Origin: Nemertoderma westbladi
Taxonomy: Eukaryota > Animalia > Xenacoelomorpha
Length of the DNA stretch: 64,000 bases
NCBI GenBank assembly: GCA_032718475.1
Contig: JAUCBJ010007419.1
Location: forward strand, 42,952-106,951
Direction: 5' to 3'
The number at the start of each line of letters is the position of its first letter. Position 1 is the first letter of the stretch. Below the pieces are notes generated by a model. The model saw nothing but the letters and a program-made list of their open reading frames with translations. It was not told the origin of the DNA and searched no databases. Of this stretch, positions 51,401 through 63,685 are shown in pieces. The position numbers and the translations under genes are program-made.

Positions 51401-52857
51401 TGGAATAAATTACGGTTGATGTGTGCGTGGTTAATACGACTGTACAAATATTCAACAGATGCAAGTTATATTAATTACATTAAGGGTAAATTAATATCTG
51501 TTGAAGAAATGAACAACGCAGGTGTCCGTATACTATTCTATGCACAATCACAGTTATTTTCTAAGGAAATTAAGGCAATTAAATCGGGCTTAAATGTTTC
51601 ACTTTCTAGTAATATTTCTAAATTGTGCCCATTTATTTCAGGAGATGGTTTATTACGGGTTGGTAGCCGCATTTGTAAGGCTCCAATTTCATATGACTCA
51701 GCCTACCCTATCATTATTGATAAGTCACACATCATAGTTCGTGTTTTAATACTCAGTACACACCTGGCATTATTTCATGCTAGTTACAATCAAGTGCTTA
51801 TCAAATTACGTGAATCGTATCACATTAACAATCTACAAATTCTATGTAGACAAATTATTTCTAGGTGTTTCATTTGCAGGAAGGTGAAGGCAAGGAGATT
51901 AAATCAGATTATGGCGGGGCTACCTGCGAGTAGACTAACACCCTATTATCCACCATTTTACTTTACAGGTTTAGACATGTTTGGTCCTGTAATCGTAAAA
52001 CGCGCGAGATATCGCAGATAAAGAGGTATGTTATTATATTCTGTTGTATGAATTGCCGTGCAATTCATTTAGAAATTGCAATGGATGCAACGGCGGATGC
52101 ATTTATCAATGCATTTCGAAGGTTTATTGCACGCCGTGGGCCGCCGGCTGAGATTGTGTGCGATAATGGCAGCAACTTTGTCGGGGCTGAGTCTGAGTTG
52201 AGCCAAAACTTAGATCTATGGAATACTCAATTTGAAGTTGCACTCCGTCCAATGGGTGTAAAATGGAAGCATATCACTCCAGAAGCACCGCATATGGGGG
52301 GAGTGTATGAAAGGCTAATTCAAATTGCCAAGAATGTATTGAAATCTATATTGCAAAGCAGACTAGTAAATGATGACGTTTTGCATACTACCTGTCTAGA
52401 AGTTGAGAGCGTAGTCAACGGGAGACCTTTATGCACCGTGACTAACGACCCTGATTCGGATGAAGTACTCACACCGAATCATTTTCTATTACAACGGCCA
52501 GTGTATAATTTACCACTGGGACCTACTTATGAAAGTGATATGTGCTCGCGGCGCACCTGGCGCCAGGCACAACTACTGTCAACGTTATTTTGGGACCGTT
52601 GGTATCCAGAATACGTAACTGAATTAATGACTCGCCCAAAATGGTTGCGCGTTCGGCGAAACCTGAAAGTCAATGACGTCGTTTTAATTGTTGATAATAT
52701 GCAACCAAGAAGCCGTTGGTTGTGGGGTCGAGTAACTAAAACTCTGCCAGATAGTCAGGGTTTTGTGCGTTCTGTGCACATTTTAGCCAACAATTCGCGC
52801 ACATATAAACGAAATATAACAAAACTGTGTTTATTGGAGGAAAATTCTGAGGATTAA
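48416..52857 (+). pseudogene. pol: BEL/Pao gag-knuckle/pol (protease, RT, RNase H, integrase), frameshifted at ~52020
   Basis: LCRNCLRKGH, LLDPGS, YYLPHH, KIRIVNDAAA, ADIEGMFHQV, FYVDD, HFADASDLAYG, NPADDVSRG, TGLDMFGP, CDNGSNF, GGVYERL. Confidence 0.95.
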
Positions 52858-53550
52858 ATTATGGTAATAAATAAACTAATATTATTTCATTCATATCTTA
52901 TAGATAAATAACCATCAGTTGACTGATTCTTCTAGTTTAAAGAGACGAAAAGAGTCACAGCAATCGAAACAATCTGAATTACGTTGTGATGAAAATCTTT
53001 GATAGAATCTATACTGAGATGATACGAAGAATCTATACTGACTGAGATTATACGATTGATCTTTACCTTATATCATTATCATATAAGTTTGCGAACTTTA
53101 AGATGGACATTATACCTTTATGGAGTTAGGCGTATTAATCCTTTATAGAAAATAATTAACTATGTCGGTGGTGGTGGTTGGATCTTACTTTAACATGGAA
53201 ATTATGTATTGATCAATTACGTTTACATGGTGACACATGTAATATAATAATATAATAATAATAATGCTTAGTATAATGTTTGTATGAAGACATTTTATTT
53301 GTGTGATGATTCACTATTGTGAGGTATATTATGTGTGTTTTACTAACAATATTGCTGGAATTGTGTTTCATTTATCATTACTAACATTTTTACTATATAT
53401 ATATATATAAAAAAAAATAATAATAAATAAATAAAATAAATAGATTTATTTATGAAGTTTATAGGCGCTGACTGGATAAATATGTGCAGACCAATTTTTG
53501 ATTCAGAATTATGACAAAATTGTGCATTTTGTCACTAATTCAGGGGGGAC

Positions 53551-54359
53551 TGTTAATGCAAGTCAGTCTGCAAGTCAAGCGTAACAATGGCGTAGCATTA
53601 AAATATTTCTAGTGCGTCATTAAAGAGCGTAGCATTAAAATATTTATAGTGCGCTCTATCTAAGAAAACAAATAAGTTCAAATAATATAATAATGTAATA
53701 AAAGAATAAAGTTATTTAAAGTAAATAAATAAATGATGTAATAAAGTAAATAAATAAAGTTACATTATCTCATTCTACCATTCCATACCTATAATCCAAT
53801 AACTCAATATCATCCCGCTTCTAGTCACTTTCAGATTAATACTTTGACTGAAACACAATATAATGTCAACACAGTGACAAGTGACAGTGTTAATTGGTCA
53901 GCTCTTATTGGTTATCTAACCACACCACCAATATCAAGGCTCATGAAATCAGCTTTCCTACATTGTAACTAACCCATTATCATCTCATATCATCTCTTCA
54001 TCACGTATGAGTATATAAGGCAGCACACAACATTCATTAGTTGGTAGTGCCAGTGATTTGTTGTTATGGGTTTATAGATTATTATATGTTAGTAGATTAT
54101 TTAGTGAATATCGATTTAAGTATAATTTAGGCCAATATATTGTATCATATCAATGAGCGTTATTATAACAAATAATACTTTAATAATATTCCAATATTTT
54201 ACTAGACATAACTCTATATTCCGATCCACAATAAAGGGCACGAAGCATTACCCACAAATAAATTCCTTTCGGCACGGAATTTACTTAGATATGTTTTTAC
54301 ATATTCATATTTCACTAAGGTCAATATCTATTGACAAATGATAATGTTTTGCCGGAACA
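53551..54359 (+). repeat. 3' LTR (809 bp)
   Basis: Direct repeat of 45029-45841, preceded by a PPT. Confidence 0.97.
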
Positions 54360-55109
54360 TTGTGGTTGAGGTTGTGGTTGTGGTTGAGGTTGTGGTTGTG
54401 GTTGTGGTTGTGGTTGTGGTTGTGGTTGAGGTTGAGGTTGTGGTTGTGGTTGTGGTTGAGGTTGTGGTTGTGGTTGTGGTTGTGGTTGTGGTTGTGGTTG
54501 TGGTTGTGGTTGTGGTTGTGGTTGTGGTTGTGGTTGTGGTTGTGGTTGTGGTTGACGTTGTGGTTGTGGATGAGGTTGTGGTTGAGGTTGTGGTTGTGGT
54601 TGTGGTTATGGTTGTGGTTGTGGTTGTGGTTGTGGTTGTGGTTGTGGTTGAGGTTGTGGTTGTGGTTGTGGTGGTTGTGGTTGTGGTTGAGGTTGTGGTT
54701 GTGGTTATGATTGAGGTTGTGGTTGAGGTTGTGGTTGAGGTTGTGGTTGCGGTTGCGGTTGTGGTTGTGGTTGTGGTTGTGGTTGTGGTTGTGGTTGTGG
54801 TTGTGGTTGTGGTTGTGGTTGTGATTGTGGTTGTGGTTGTGGTTGAGGTTGTGGTTGTGGTTGAGGTTGTGGTTGTGGTTGAGGTTGTGGTTGTGGTTGT
54901 GGTTGTGGTTGTGGTTGTGGTCGTGGTTGTGGTTGTGGTTGAGGTTGTGGTTGTGGTTATGGTTGTGGTTGTGGTTGTGGTTGTGGTTGTGGTTGAGGTT
55001 GTGGTTGAGGTTGTGGTTGTGGTTGAGGTTGTGGTTGTGGTTGTGGTTGTGGTTGTGGTTGTGGTTGTGGTTGTGGTTGTGGTTGAGGTTGTGGTTGAGG
55101 TTGAGGTTG
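54360..55109. repeat. (TGTGGT)n / (TGAGGT)n hexanucleotide microsatellite
   Basis: Directly visible. Source of the poly-Thr, poly-Val and WL ORFs. Confidence 0.97.
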
Positions 55110-56448
55110 ACAGGAGGTTTAACCTCTGACCTCCTTTGTGTGTGGCTCTTTGGGGCCGTGTGTTGTCCCCGTCATTGGGGGTGATACGAGGTTGATTGCA
55201 ATCAACCTCGTACTCCCCAATATTGCTTAAAGGCGCCACTTCCCAACTTTATGGGGGTTGGTGAGGCGGAATTGAATCCGCTCACACCGTCTGCATTCTC
55301 TCGTGGGCCGTCGGGCAGTCCATTCCTACTATAATGGATACCTTCCTAACGTCCACCTCTGGTTTTGAGAAATCGATACTGTCCAGGAATCTATATTGTT
55401 CGACCTCAATGTTGGTTGGTCGCCTGGCGTTGATATTTATCGACTATCACCTGGATGGTGTCGATGGTCGCCCCATAGTCGCATCCTGGTGCAATCGCTG
55501 ATATCTTGCACCGTCCCGTCCTCATCTCGAGGACCTCATCTTTACTTGAGACGGTAGTTACCACCATCCTATTCGGCCTCGTCTTTAGCCCTATCTCTTC
55601 GGCCACCCAATTCTCCACCAGCGTGAAGGCTGCTCCGCTGTCGACCAGCATTACTGTTGTAACTGATCGACCGCCCCTTCCTGTTATCTTCACTGGTACT
55701 ACCCTGAATGGACTTTCCTCTTTCTCCTTACTCCTATCGTGCTCGTAGCCATGGTTTGGCCTCCAGTCTCATCCTCTCCTATTGCTGTTTCTCTACACTC
55801 TCTGGATCTGTGTCCTTCTACCACACAACGATGACATAGTCCGTTTGCGTCTGTGTAGGCTACACGATCTTGTTTGGGCAACGCTTGCCAGTGCTTACAA
55901 CTCATGGTCTTATGGGTTCCATCCCGATGTAATTGACATTCGAATCCTGGATTATAGCGTTCCCTGTATAGTCCTTCACGTATCGCGCGTAGGTTTATAT
56001 CTACCGATTTTGTGTTTTGGTTAGTGTTTTGATTTAGTGTGGTGACGGCGGTGACGGCGGTGACGGTACAGAAATGTCACCGATCTGCCCTAGATGACTG
56101 AGATGATTGAATGAATAACACAACTGCATGCAATATAATATATACATTGGTTAATCCTACAGTACATTGGCCTCTGTACCTAGTGGATGCTCTCCTCTCC
56201 CATTGGTTGTTATCCCACTTCTCGCCTCCACCTCTGTGGGAGTGCTTCCCCCCGCTGCTGTTACTTTCCCTCTCCCAAGAGGTTTGACCTCTAACCTCCT
56301 TTGTGTGTGGCTCTTTGGGGGTTTGTTGTCCCCGTTATTGGTTGTGTGATACGAGGTTAATTGGGATTAACCTCGTATCCCCAATATTGCTGAAAGGCGC
56401 CACTTCCCACTTTATGGGGTTGGTGAGGCGGAATTGAATCCGCTCACA
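55110..56448 (-). mobile_element. Small internally deleted BEL-like LTR element with gag knuckle and protease relic
   Basis: Direct repeats start TGTGAGCGGATTCAATTCC at 56448 and 55286. Internal CKHW...DRVAY...GLCHRCVVEGHRSREC knuckle and LVDSGAAFTLV protease motif. No RT or integrase. Confidence 0.8.
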
Positions 56449-57445
56449 CTATGGACGCGGCGACGCATATAGCCCAACCAACACACTGGTCGGGGTTTAG
56501 AAACCAACTCCCGAATCCCGTCACACTAGGCGACAGTTAGACATCACTGACACCATTGCGTATCGGATTGATTAATTAGGATAATCAATTAAACCCTAAT
56601 TAGGAGTCGTAAGACACCTATTAGAGTTTAATTGTACTAATTAATTGATGACACCTGTCAATTAAGGTCTAATTAGCCTAATTAGGAGGTTCACCCAGAC
56701 AGTCTGGCGCCAATGATACCCAATGACACCCATAGGGTGACATTGGGTGTCACCCAGACAGTCTGGCGCCAGTCAGTTAGGTCTAACTGTCGTCGAGCCG
56801 GCCAAACCTCTACTTCTATCATATATCTGACTATTGTTGTTTGCTTTATTGTGTTTTAGTGTAGTAAATGTGTGTTTTGGTGCTGATGTTTTAATTTTTG
56901 GGTCGAACTTATATCATTAGTTCAGATTTTTTTTTTTTGGTCAACAAGTAAATTATTTGGTGCAAAAAGTAAGTGTTTCGTTTTTTGTTATTTTTTTGGT
57001 CAGATTTTTTTTTTGTTCGCTTGTATGTTATTTGGTCAATGAGTAAATTATTTGGTACAGAAAGTTTGTGATTTGCAAATTTTTTATGTTTTTTACTTTA
57101 ATTGGTAGCCATTTGAAATTAGAGTTTCTACATTGTTCTGTTATTATTAGTTGATGAGTTATAAGTTGAATATTGTGTTAATCCTCATGGAAATGTAGCC
57201 AAAACTAATCAATACCATCACAACCCATCTACAGTAATAATTCGACACAGTCAATTACAACTGCTTCTACAATCATTTGTACAGAATGCAAGCAGGAATA
57301 CTTAATGTGCGGGAATGGTTTAGCTACTGTATATAGCTAGATATTGTGTAGTTCCTAATGATGACTACATTTAAAAATATTTAACTACTTTAATTAATGT
57401 AGTAGTTATACTTACTTTGTCGCTAGTGAGTAACTACTTAGGTTT

Positions 57446-58079
57446 ACTCAGGGGAAAGTGAACCTATCTTTGTGGAGATAGGAAACCAACTTCTTGCTAA
57501 AATATTATTGCAAAACATATAGCGAATTTTTCTCAGATTGTGTGCCAATCTTATTAGATAATTAATATAGGAATTTTTTATATTTCATTTTATATGAAGA
57601 CCGTTAAAAAAAGTTTAGAAAATTAATGAAAAAAACTTTAGATCTACCCTGCCTAACTTCGACACCATTCTAACAGACATAAAGGAACCTATATTTTTGT
57701 TGGTTTAGTCTAATAATATACGGCATAGAAATAGCCTAGGAAGTAAATTTTATAAAAATAAATAATTATTTCTCAGATTTGGGAATTTATGAAAATTTTA
57801 TGTTCAGTTTACCCACATTAAAAAATATTCGGGTAAAGTGAACCATTGAAAAAACAGCATTTTTTTTCCTTCAAAGGTTCAGTTTACCCCACCACTACTG
57901 TGGTGAAACAGGATAAATTGAACAATTTGGGGAAATATAAAAAACATCGCAATGCGCTCTGCTGGAGCCTCCATTGATGGTCAATTATCATATTTACAAA
58001 GGTTAATAGCTAACTGCTATTAACTTAACTTGGCTATATCTTAACCCCAGCATAGTTCACTTTTCCAAAAGGTGGTGTA
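57446..58079. mobile_element. Possible pogo/Tc1-like MITE remnant
   Basis: Dispersed GGGTAAAGTGAAC / GTTCA(G/C)TTTACCC motifs in both orientations. Termini degenerate. Confidence 0.35.
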
Positions 58080-58235
58080 AAGAGGGCCATAAAAATCACT
58101 TTAGAAAGTCGGCTGGCAAACAATTTAAACTCAACAAGAAAGATTAGTTGTTTGATTTCTGGAAAGGGGAATAGCACAATGTCATAACATTTCATTGAGA
58201 TGAAGGAAGTTTAATCTGCAAAAATGTCATTTTTT

Positions 58236-59362
58236 CCCACCCCTACCCTCGAGTAGCAGATAGGAGTAGCGCCCACCCCTACCTTTGGGTAGCAGATAGG
58301 AGTAGCGCCCACCCCTACCTTCGGGTAGCAGATAGGAGTGGCGCCGACCCCTACCTTCGGGTATCAGCTAGGAATAGCGCCCACCCCTACCATCAGGTTG
58401 CAGATAGGAGTAGCGCCCACCCCTACATTCGGGTAGCAGATAGGAGTAGCACCCACCCCTACATTCGTGTAGCAGATAGGAGTAGCGCCCACCCCTACCT
58501 TCGGGTAGCAGATAGGAGTAGCGCCCACCCCTACATTCGGGTAGCAGATAGGAGTAGCGCCCACCCCTACCTTCGGGTAGCAGATAGGAGTGGCGCCCAC
58601 CCCTACCTTCGGGTAGCAGCTAGGAGTAGCGCCCACCCCTACCCTCGGGTAGCAGATAGGAGTAGCGCCCACCCCTACACTCGGGTAGCAGATAGGAGTA
58701 GCGCCCACCCCTACATTCGTGTAGCAGATAGGAGTAGCGCCCACCCCTACCTTCGGGTAGCAGATAGGAGTAGCAACCACCCCTACCCTCGGGAAACAGA
58801 TAGTAGCGCCCACCCCTACCTACGGGTAGCAGATAGGAGTAGCGCCCACCCGTACATTCGTGTAGCAGATAGGAGTAGCGCCCACCCCTACCTTCGGGTA
58901 GCAAATAGGAGTAGCGCCCACCCCTACCCTCGGGTAGCAGATAAGAGTAGCGCCCACCCCTACCCTCGGGTAGCAGATAGGAGTAGCGCCCACCACTACC
59001 TTTGGGTAGCAGATAGGAGTAGCGCCGGCCCCTACCCTCGGGTAGCAGATAGGAGTAGCGCCCACCCCTACCTTCGGGTAGCAGATAGGAGTAGCGCCAA
59101 CCCCTACCTTCGGGTAGCAGCGCCCACTCCTACCCTCGGGTAGCAGAGGAGTAGCGCCCACCACTACCCTCGGGTAGCAGTTAGGAGTAGCGCCCACCAC
59201 TACCCTCGGGTAGCAGATAGGAGTAGCGCCCACCCCTACCCTCGGGTAGCAGATAGGAGTAGCGCCCACCCCTACCCTCGGGTAGCAGATAGGAGTAGCG
59301 CCCACCCCTACCCTCGGGTAGCAGATAGGATTAGAGCCCACCCCTACCTACGGGTACCAGCT
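58236..59362. repeat. 36-bp minisatellite (GCCCACCCCTACCTTCGGGTAGCAGATAGGAGTAGC), ~31 copies
   Basis: Directly visible. 12-aa period in the ORF track. Confidence 0.96.
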
Positions 59363-59937
59363 ACCAAAAGAGGAGCCTTCGGGTCGCCTCCGGCTTCGGC
59401 CAACTATTTGCTTTTTTGTATTATTTAATTACATCTCTCCATTCCTTCAAATTCCTCACATACCTCAAATCAACTGAACATGAGGTTAAAAAAACGGTAA
59501 TCTATCTCGATTAACAGCATTTATCGTCTGCACATCGGCCCCTTAAGTGTATCATCTAAAACCGGATGTTTAACAAATATAATACATCAATTATACGAAA
59601 TTTTGTAGATCAGAAAAAATACAGGACTACATAACGAAATGAAATAATTTCAATTTCTCATCGCTTTCAAAAATTTCGTTTGTTCCGTTATTTTTCAAGC
59701 AAATATAAATTTACGTTTCGTTTTTTTATGTAAATTCGGTCATATTTTTGATTGGTTTCAAGTTGTCGCTGCTATATAATTTTTTTAGTAAAATTCGACA
59801 TTATGATTATGAATTTAAAACAGTTTCAACAATACATTTTGCATAAATACACAATACATAAATTTACATTTTGCTAAAATGTAAATTTTTCAAAGTTATT
59901 TCTAAATCAATCTTAATTTTGAACCTTTCGAATTAAT

Positions 59938-60200
59938 GTTTTATGAATCCGTTTTCGAATTAACGGGTATACCATATACACACACACACACACCTACACA
60001 CACATACACACATACGGGTTAACTATGGATTCTGTGGACGTACTTATTTATTAAATATCTAGAGAACTATCCAATGAAAATCCTTCAAATTTTCAAATTA
60101 GCTTCCTAATAAGTAATGGGAAATGTTTGTTTTCAAAATTTAAAATTTTTCCAATATTTCAAAAATCATTTTTTTACATTCACTGTGCGGACATTACTTT
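59938..60200 (+). mobile_element. Possible Helentron-associated (DINE-1/HINE-like) short element
   Basis: T-rich start, short inverted repeat (CCGTT..AACGG), (CA)n tract, then an ATATCTAGAGAACT...AAATTTT core. Resemblance only. Confidence 0.35.
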
Positions 60201-60891
60201 TGGTGACGTCATAATTATGTGTGTTGTGCCTGAGTGTGTTTAGTGATGTCCACAAACCCCAACTGGGGTCAAGACACATACGAAAATTAATGTCCACATT
60301 CCACAACTAGTGTAACACATACAGTATATGGGAAAGGAAACTGAAATGCTTTGTTTTTATGCAACTTCATGGATATGATTCTAGTAATTGGATTACTTGG
60401 CCATGGCCAGGTCAGTCCATAGAGATAATGTTCTTTTATTGTTTTTATACACTCGTGAATAATTATTGTAAAAGTTAATATTTCCCTATTAGTTACCTAA
60501 GGACTATTTGTGGTACAAGTTTCCTTAGTTCACTCAGTTACTATAACAATGGGTTATAATTTAGTCGATAGCGATAGCGCTGAACAATCCCGCCTGTAAA
60601 GCAATGCATACAAGTTAGCATGTAGCAATTTGTTTTGAAAATACTTGCAGTCTCAAGAAATAAACCGTAATACTGCCATCACTGCTCAAAATATTCTTTT
60701 TTTCTGCGGGAAGACTAATTATTTTTAGGTTGTATATAAATACAAATAGAGTGGCGCACAGCAATTATTGATATAACTCTTATCATTCAATTATATTAAT
60801 TATGAATTGTATGCCTTAAAATTATTTGGACCCTTCTACACTACGTATTGTAAGAGCAATAGACGCTAAGAATATATAATAAATTAACGAG

Positions 60892-62840
60892 AACACACCG
60901 TTCTAAATACTGTCCCTTGCGCACATCTGGGGACATTAGTTTTTGTATTGTTTTTCTGCAGGCCATACGTTATGTAGTTGCAATGGACATTAAGAAAATT
61001 TTTTATATATTGACGAAAACACACCGTTCTAAATACTGTCCCTTGCGCACATCTGGGGACATTAGTTTTTGTATTGTTTTTCTGCAGGCCATACGTTATG
61101 TAGTTGCAATGGACATTAAGAAAATTTTTTATATATTGACGAAAACACACCGTTCTAAATACTGTCCCTTGCGCACATCTGGGGACATTAGTTTTTGTAT
61201 TGTTTTTCTGCAGGGCATACGTTATGTAGTTGCAATGGACATTAAGAAAATTTTTTATATATTGACGAAAACACACCGTTCTAAATACTGTCCCTTGCGC
61301 ACATCTGGGGACATTAGTTTTTGTATTGTTTTTCTGCAGGCCATACGTTATGTAGTTGCAATGGACATTAAGAAAATTTTTTATATATTGACGAAAACAC
61401 ACCGTTCTAAATACTGTCCCTTGCGCACATCTGGGGACATTAGTTTTTGTATTGTTTTTCTGCAGGCCATACGTTATGTAGTTGCAATGGACATTAAGAA
61501 AATTTTTTATATATTGACGAAAACACACCGTTCTAAATACTGTCCCTTGCGCACATCTGGGGACATTAGTTTTTGTATTGTTTTTCTGCAGGCCATACGT
61601 TATGTAGTTGCAATGGACATTAAGAAAATTTTTTATATATTGACGAAAACACACCGTTCTAAATACTGTCCCTTGCGCACATCTGGGGAAATTAGTTTTT
61701 GTATTGTTTTTCTGCAGGGCATACGTTATGTAGTTGCAATGGACATTAAGAAAATTTTTTATATATTGACGAAAACACACCGTTCTAAATACTGTCCCTT
61801 GCGCACATCTGGGGACATTAGTTTTTGTATTGTTTTTCTGCAGGCCATACGTTATGTAGTTGCAATGGACATTAAGAAAATTTTTTATATATTGACGAAA
61901 ACACACCGTTCTAAATACTGTCCCTTGCGCACATCTGGGGACATTAGTTTTTGTATTGTTTTTCTGCAGGCCATACGTTATGTAGTTGCAATGGACATTA
62001 AGAAAATTTTTTATATATTGACGAAAACACACCGTTCTAAATACTGTCCCTTGCGCACATCTGGGGACATTAGTTTTTGTATTGTTTTTCTGCAGGCCAT
62101 ACGTTATGTAGTTGCAATGGACATTAAGAAAATTTTTTATATATTGACGAAAACACACCGTTCTAAATACTGTCCCTTGCGCACATCTGGGGACATTAGT
62201 TTTTGTATTGTTTTTCTGCAGGCCATACGTTATGTAGTTGCAATGGACATTAAGAAAATTTTTTATATATTGACGAAAACACACCGTTCTAAATACTGTC
62301 CCTTGCGCACATCTGGGGACATTAGTTTTTGTATTGTTTTTCTGCAGGGCATACGTTATGTAGTTGCAATGGACATTAAGAAAATTTTTTATATATTGAC
62401 GAAAACACACCGTTCTAAATACTGTCCCTTGCGCACATCTGGGGACATTAGTTTTTGTATTGTTTTTCTGCAGGCCATACGTTATGTAGTTGCAATGGAC
62501 ATTAAGAAAATTTTTTATATATTGACGAAAACACACCGTTCTAAATACTGTCCCTTGCGCACATCTGGGGACATTAGTTTTTGTATTGTTTTTCTGCAGG
62601 CCATACGTTATGTAGTTGCAATGGACATTAAGAAAATTTTTTATATATTGACGAAAACACACCGTTCTAAATACTTCCCCTTGCGCACATCTGGGGACAT
62701 TAGTTTTATTAGTGCTGGGAGTATTATATTAGGTCCTACGTATAGTTCCAATGAATGTTAAGAATATTTAATATATTAACAAAAACATACCATTGAAAAT
62801 ACTGTCCTTTACGCACATCTGGGGACATTGGTTTTTGTAT
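60892..62840. repeat. 123-bp satellite, ~15 near-identical copies plus one diverged terminal copy
   Basis: 41-aa period on both strands. Monomer starts AACACACCGTTCTAAATACTGTCCCTTGCGCACATCTGGGGAC. Confidence 0.97.
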
Positions 62841-63685
62841 AGGTGAGATAGGTTCTACGTGAACCATGTCCTGGAATATAGTGTCGTCATTCAGGTCCCT
62901 GCCCCCCCCCCCCCCCCCCCCAGGGTTTAGGGTTTTTCTAAATATGTTAGGGAAACTTATAAATGAAAATAGCGATTTCTAAATTTTTATACTTGTTTAG
63001 AAATTGGTCACATAGAGACTAACCAATTCGCGCGGGAAGGTTTTAAACTTTACATGCATTTAACTCAGAATATTATTTCTCATTTTTTCCTTCACTCAAA
63101 ACCTATCTACACCGTCATTTTTTAATGAATTCGTTTGAAATTTTCAGTGAATGGTCTTGACATATTCACTCACATATTGGCCGTTAATCATTAGACTAAT
63201 GTTAAGGGCACGTGTTTGTCCATACATTTGACTATTAAGCTTATGTACCTCTTCTGAGGAATTGGTTCAACAGAATGACTTGAAATTTGGAGGGGAATTA
63301 ATTTTGCATGTGTCTCAGACGTGGTAGCAGAATAAATAAAAAAAATTATTGTGATCACCAGAAATTTTCAAAGTGAAAAATGTTATTTGCAAAAAGTGAA
63401 AAAAACACGTATTTTGGCCGTTTTTTGTTATGTAACTTTTTAAATTTCTAACCCATATGTCTAAATGTGCTACCAGCTATAAAGGATTAGTATAAGAACA
63501 TATACTAAAAATTTCATGCAATTTGGTCCAGTGGTTCCAGAGAAACAGGTACACGAGTGAAAAATAAAATTCGGAGATATATGCGCTTTTAAAGTTTTCA
63601 AACCTTCCCGCCATTTTTTGTTAAATTGAGGGATAATTCAAATTATATTGAAAAAATAAGGAAGAATCCTTCCAACTAAAATTTT

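Larger units (their letters stand above)
45029..54359 (+). mobile_element. Full-length BEL/Pao LTR retrotransposon
   Basis: Two TG...CA LTRs, polypurine tract AGGGGGGA before the 3' LTR, gag (DUF1759-like plus Cys/His knuckles), and PR-RT-RH-INT order. Confidence 0.97.

Noticed and set aside
52858-53550. env-like third ORF of the BEL element
   Set aside because: AT-rich, with no ORF of meaningful length.
54328-55239. Mucin-like poly-Thr protein
   Set aside because: A hexamer microsatellite between two LTRs. The ORF starts and ends in LTR sequence and has no signal peptide.
56428-56448. lac-operator-like sequence (TGTGAGCGGATTCAATTCC; also TGTGAGCGGA in the 21-bp array)
   Set aside because: An imperfect match that forms the terminus of an LTR seen three times, with no other vector sequence. 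Coincidental.
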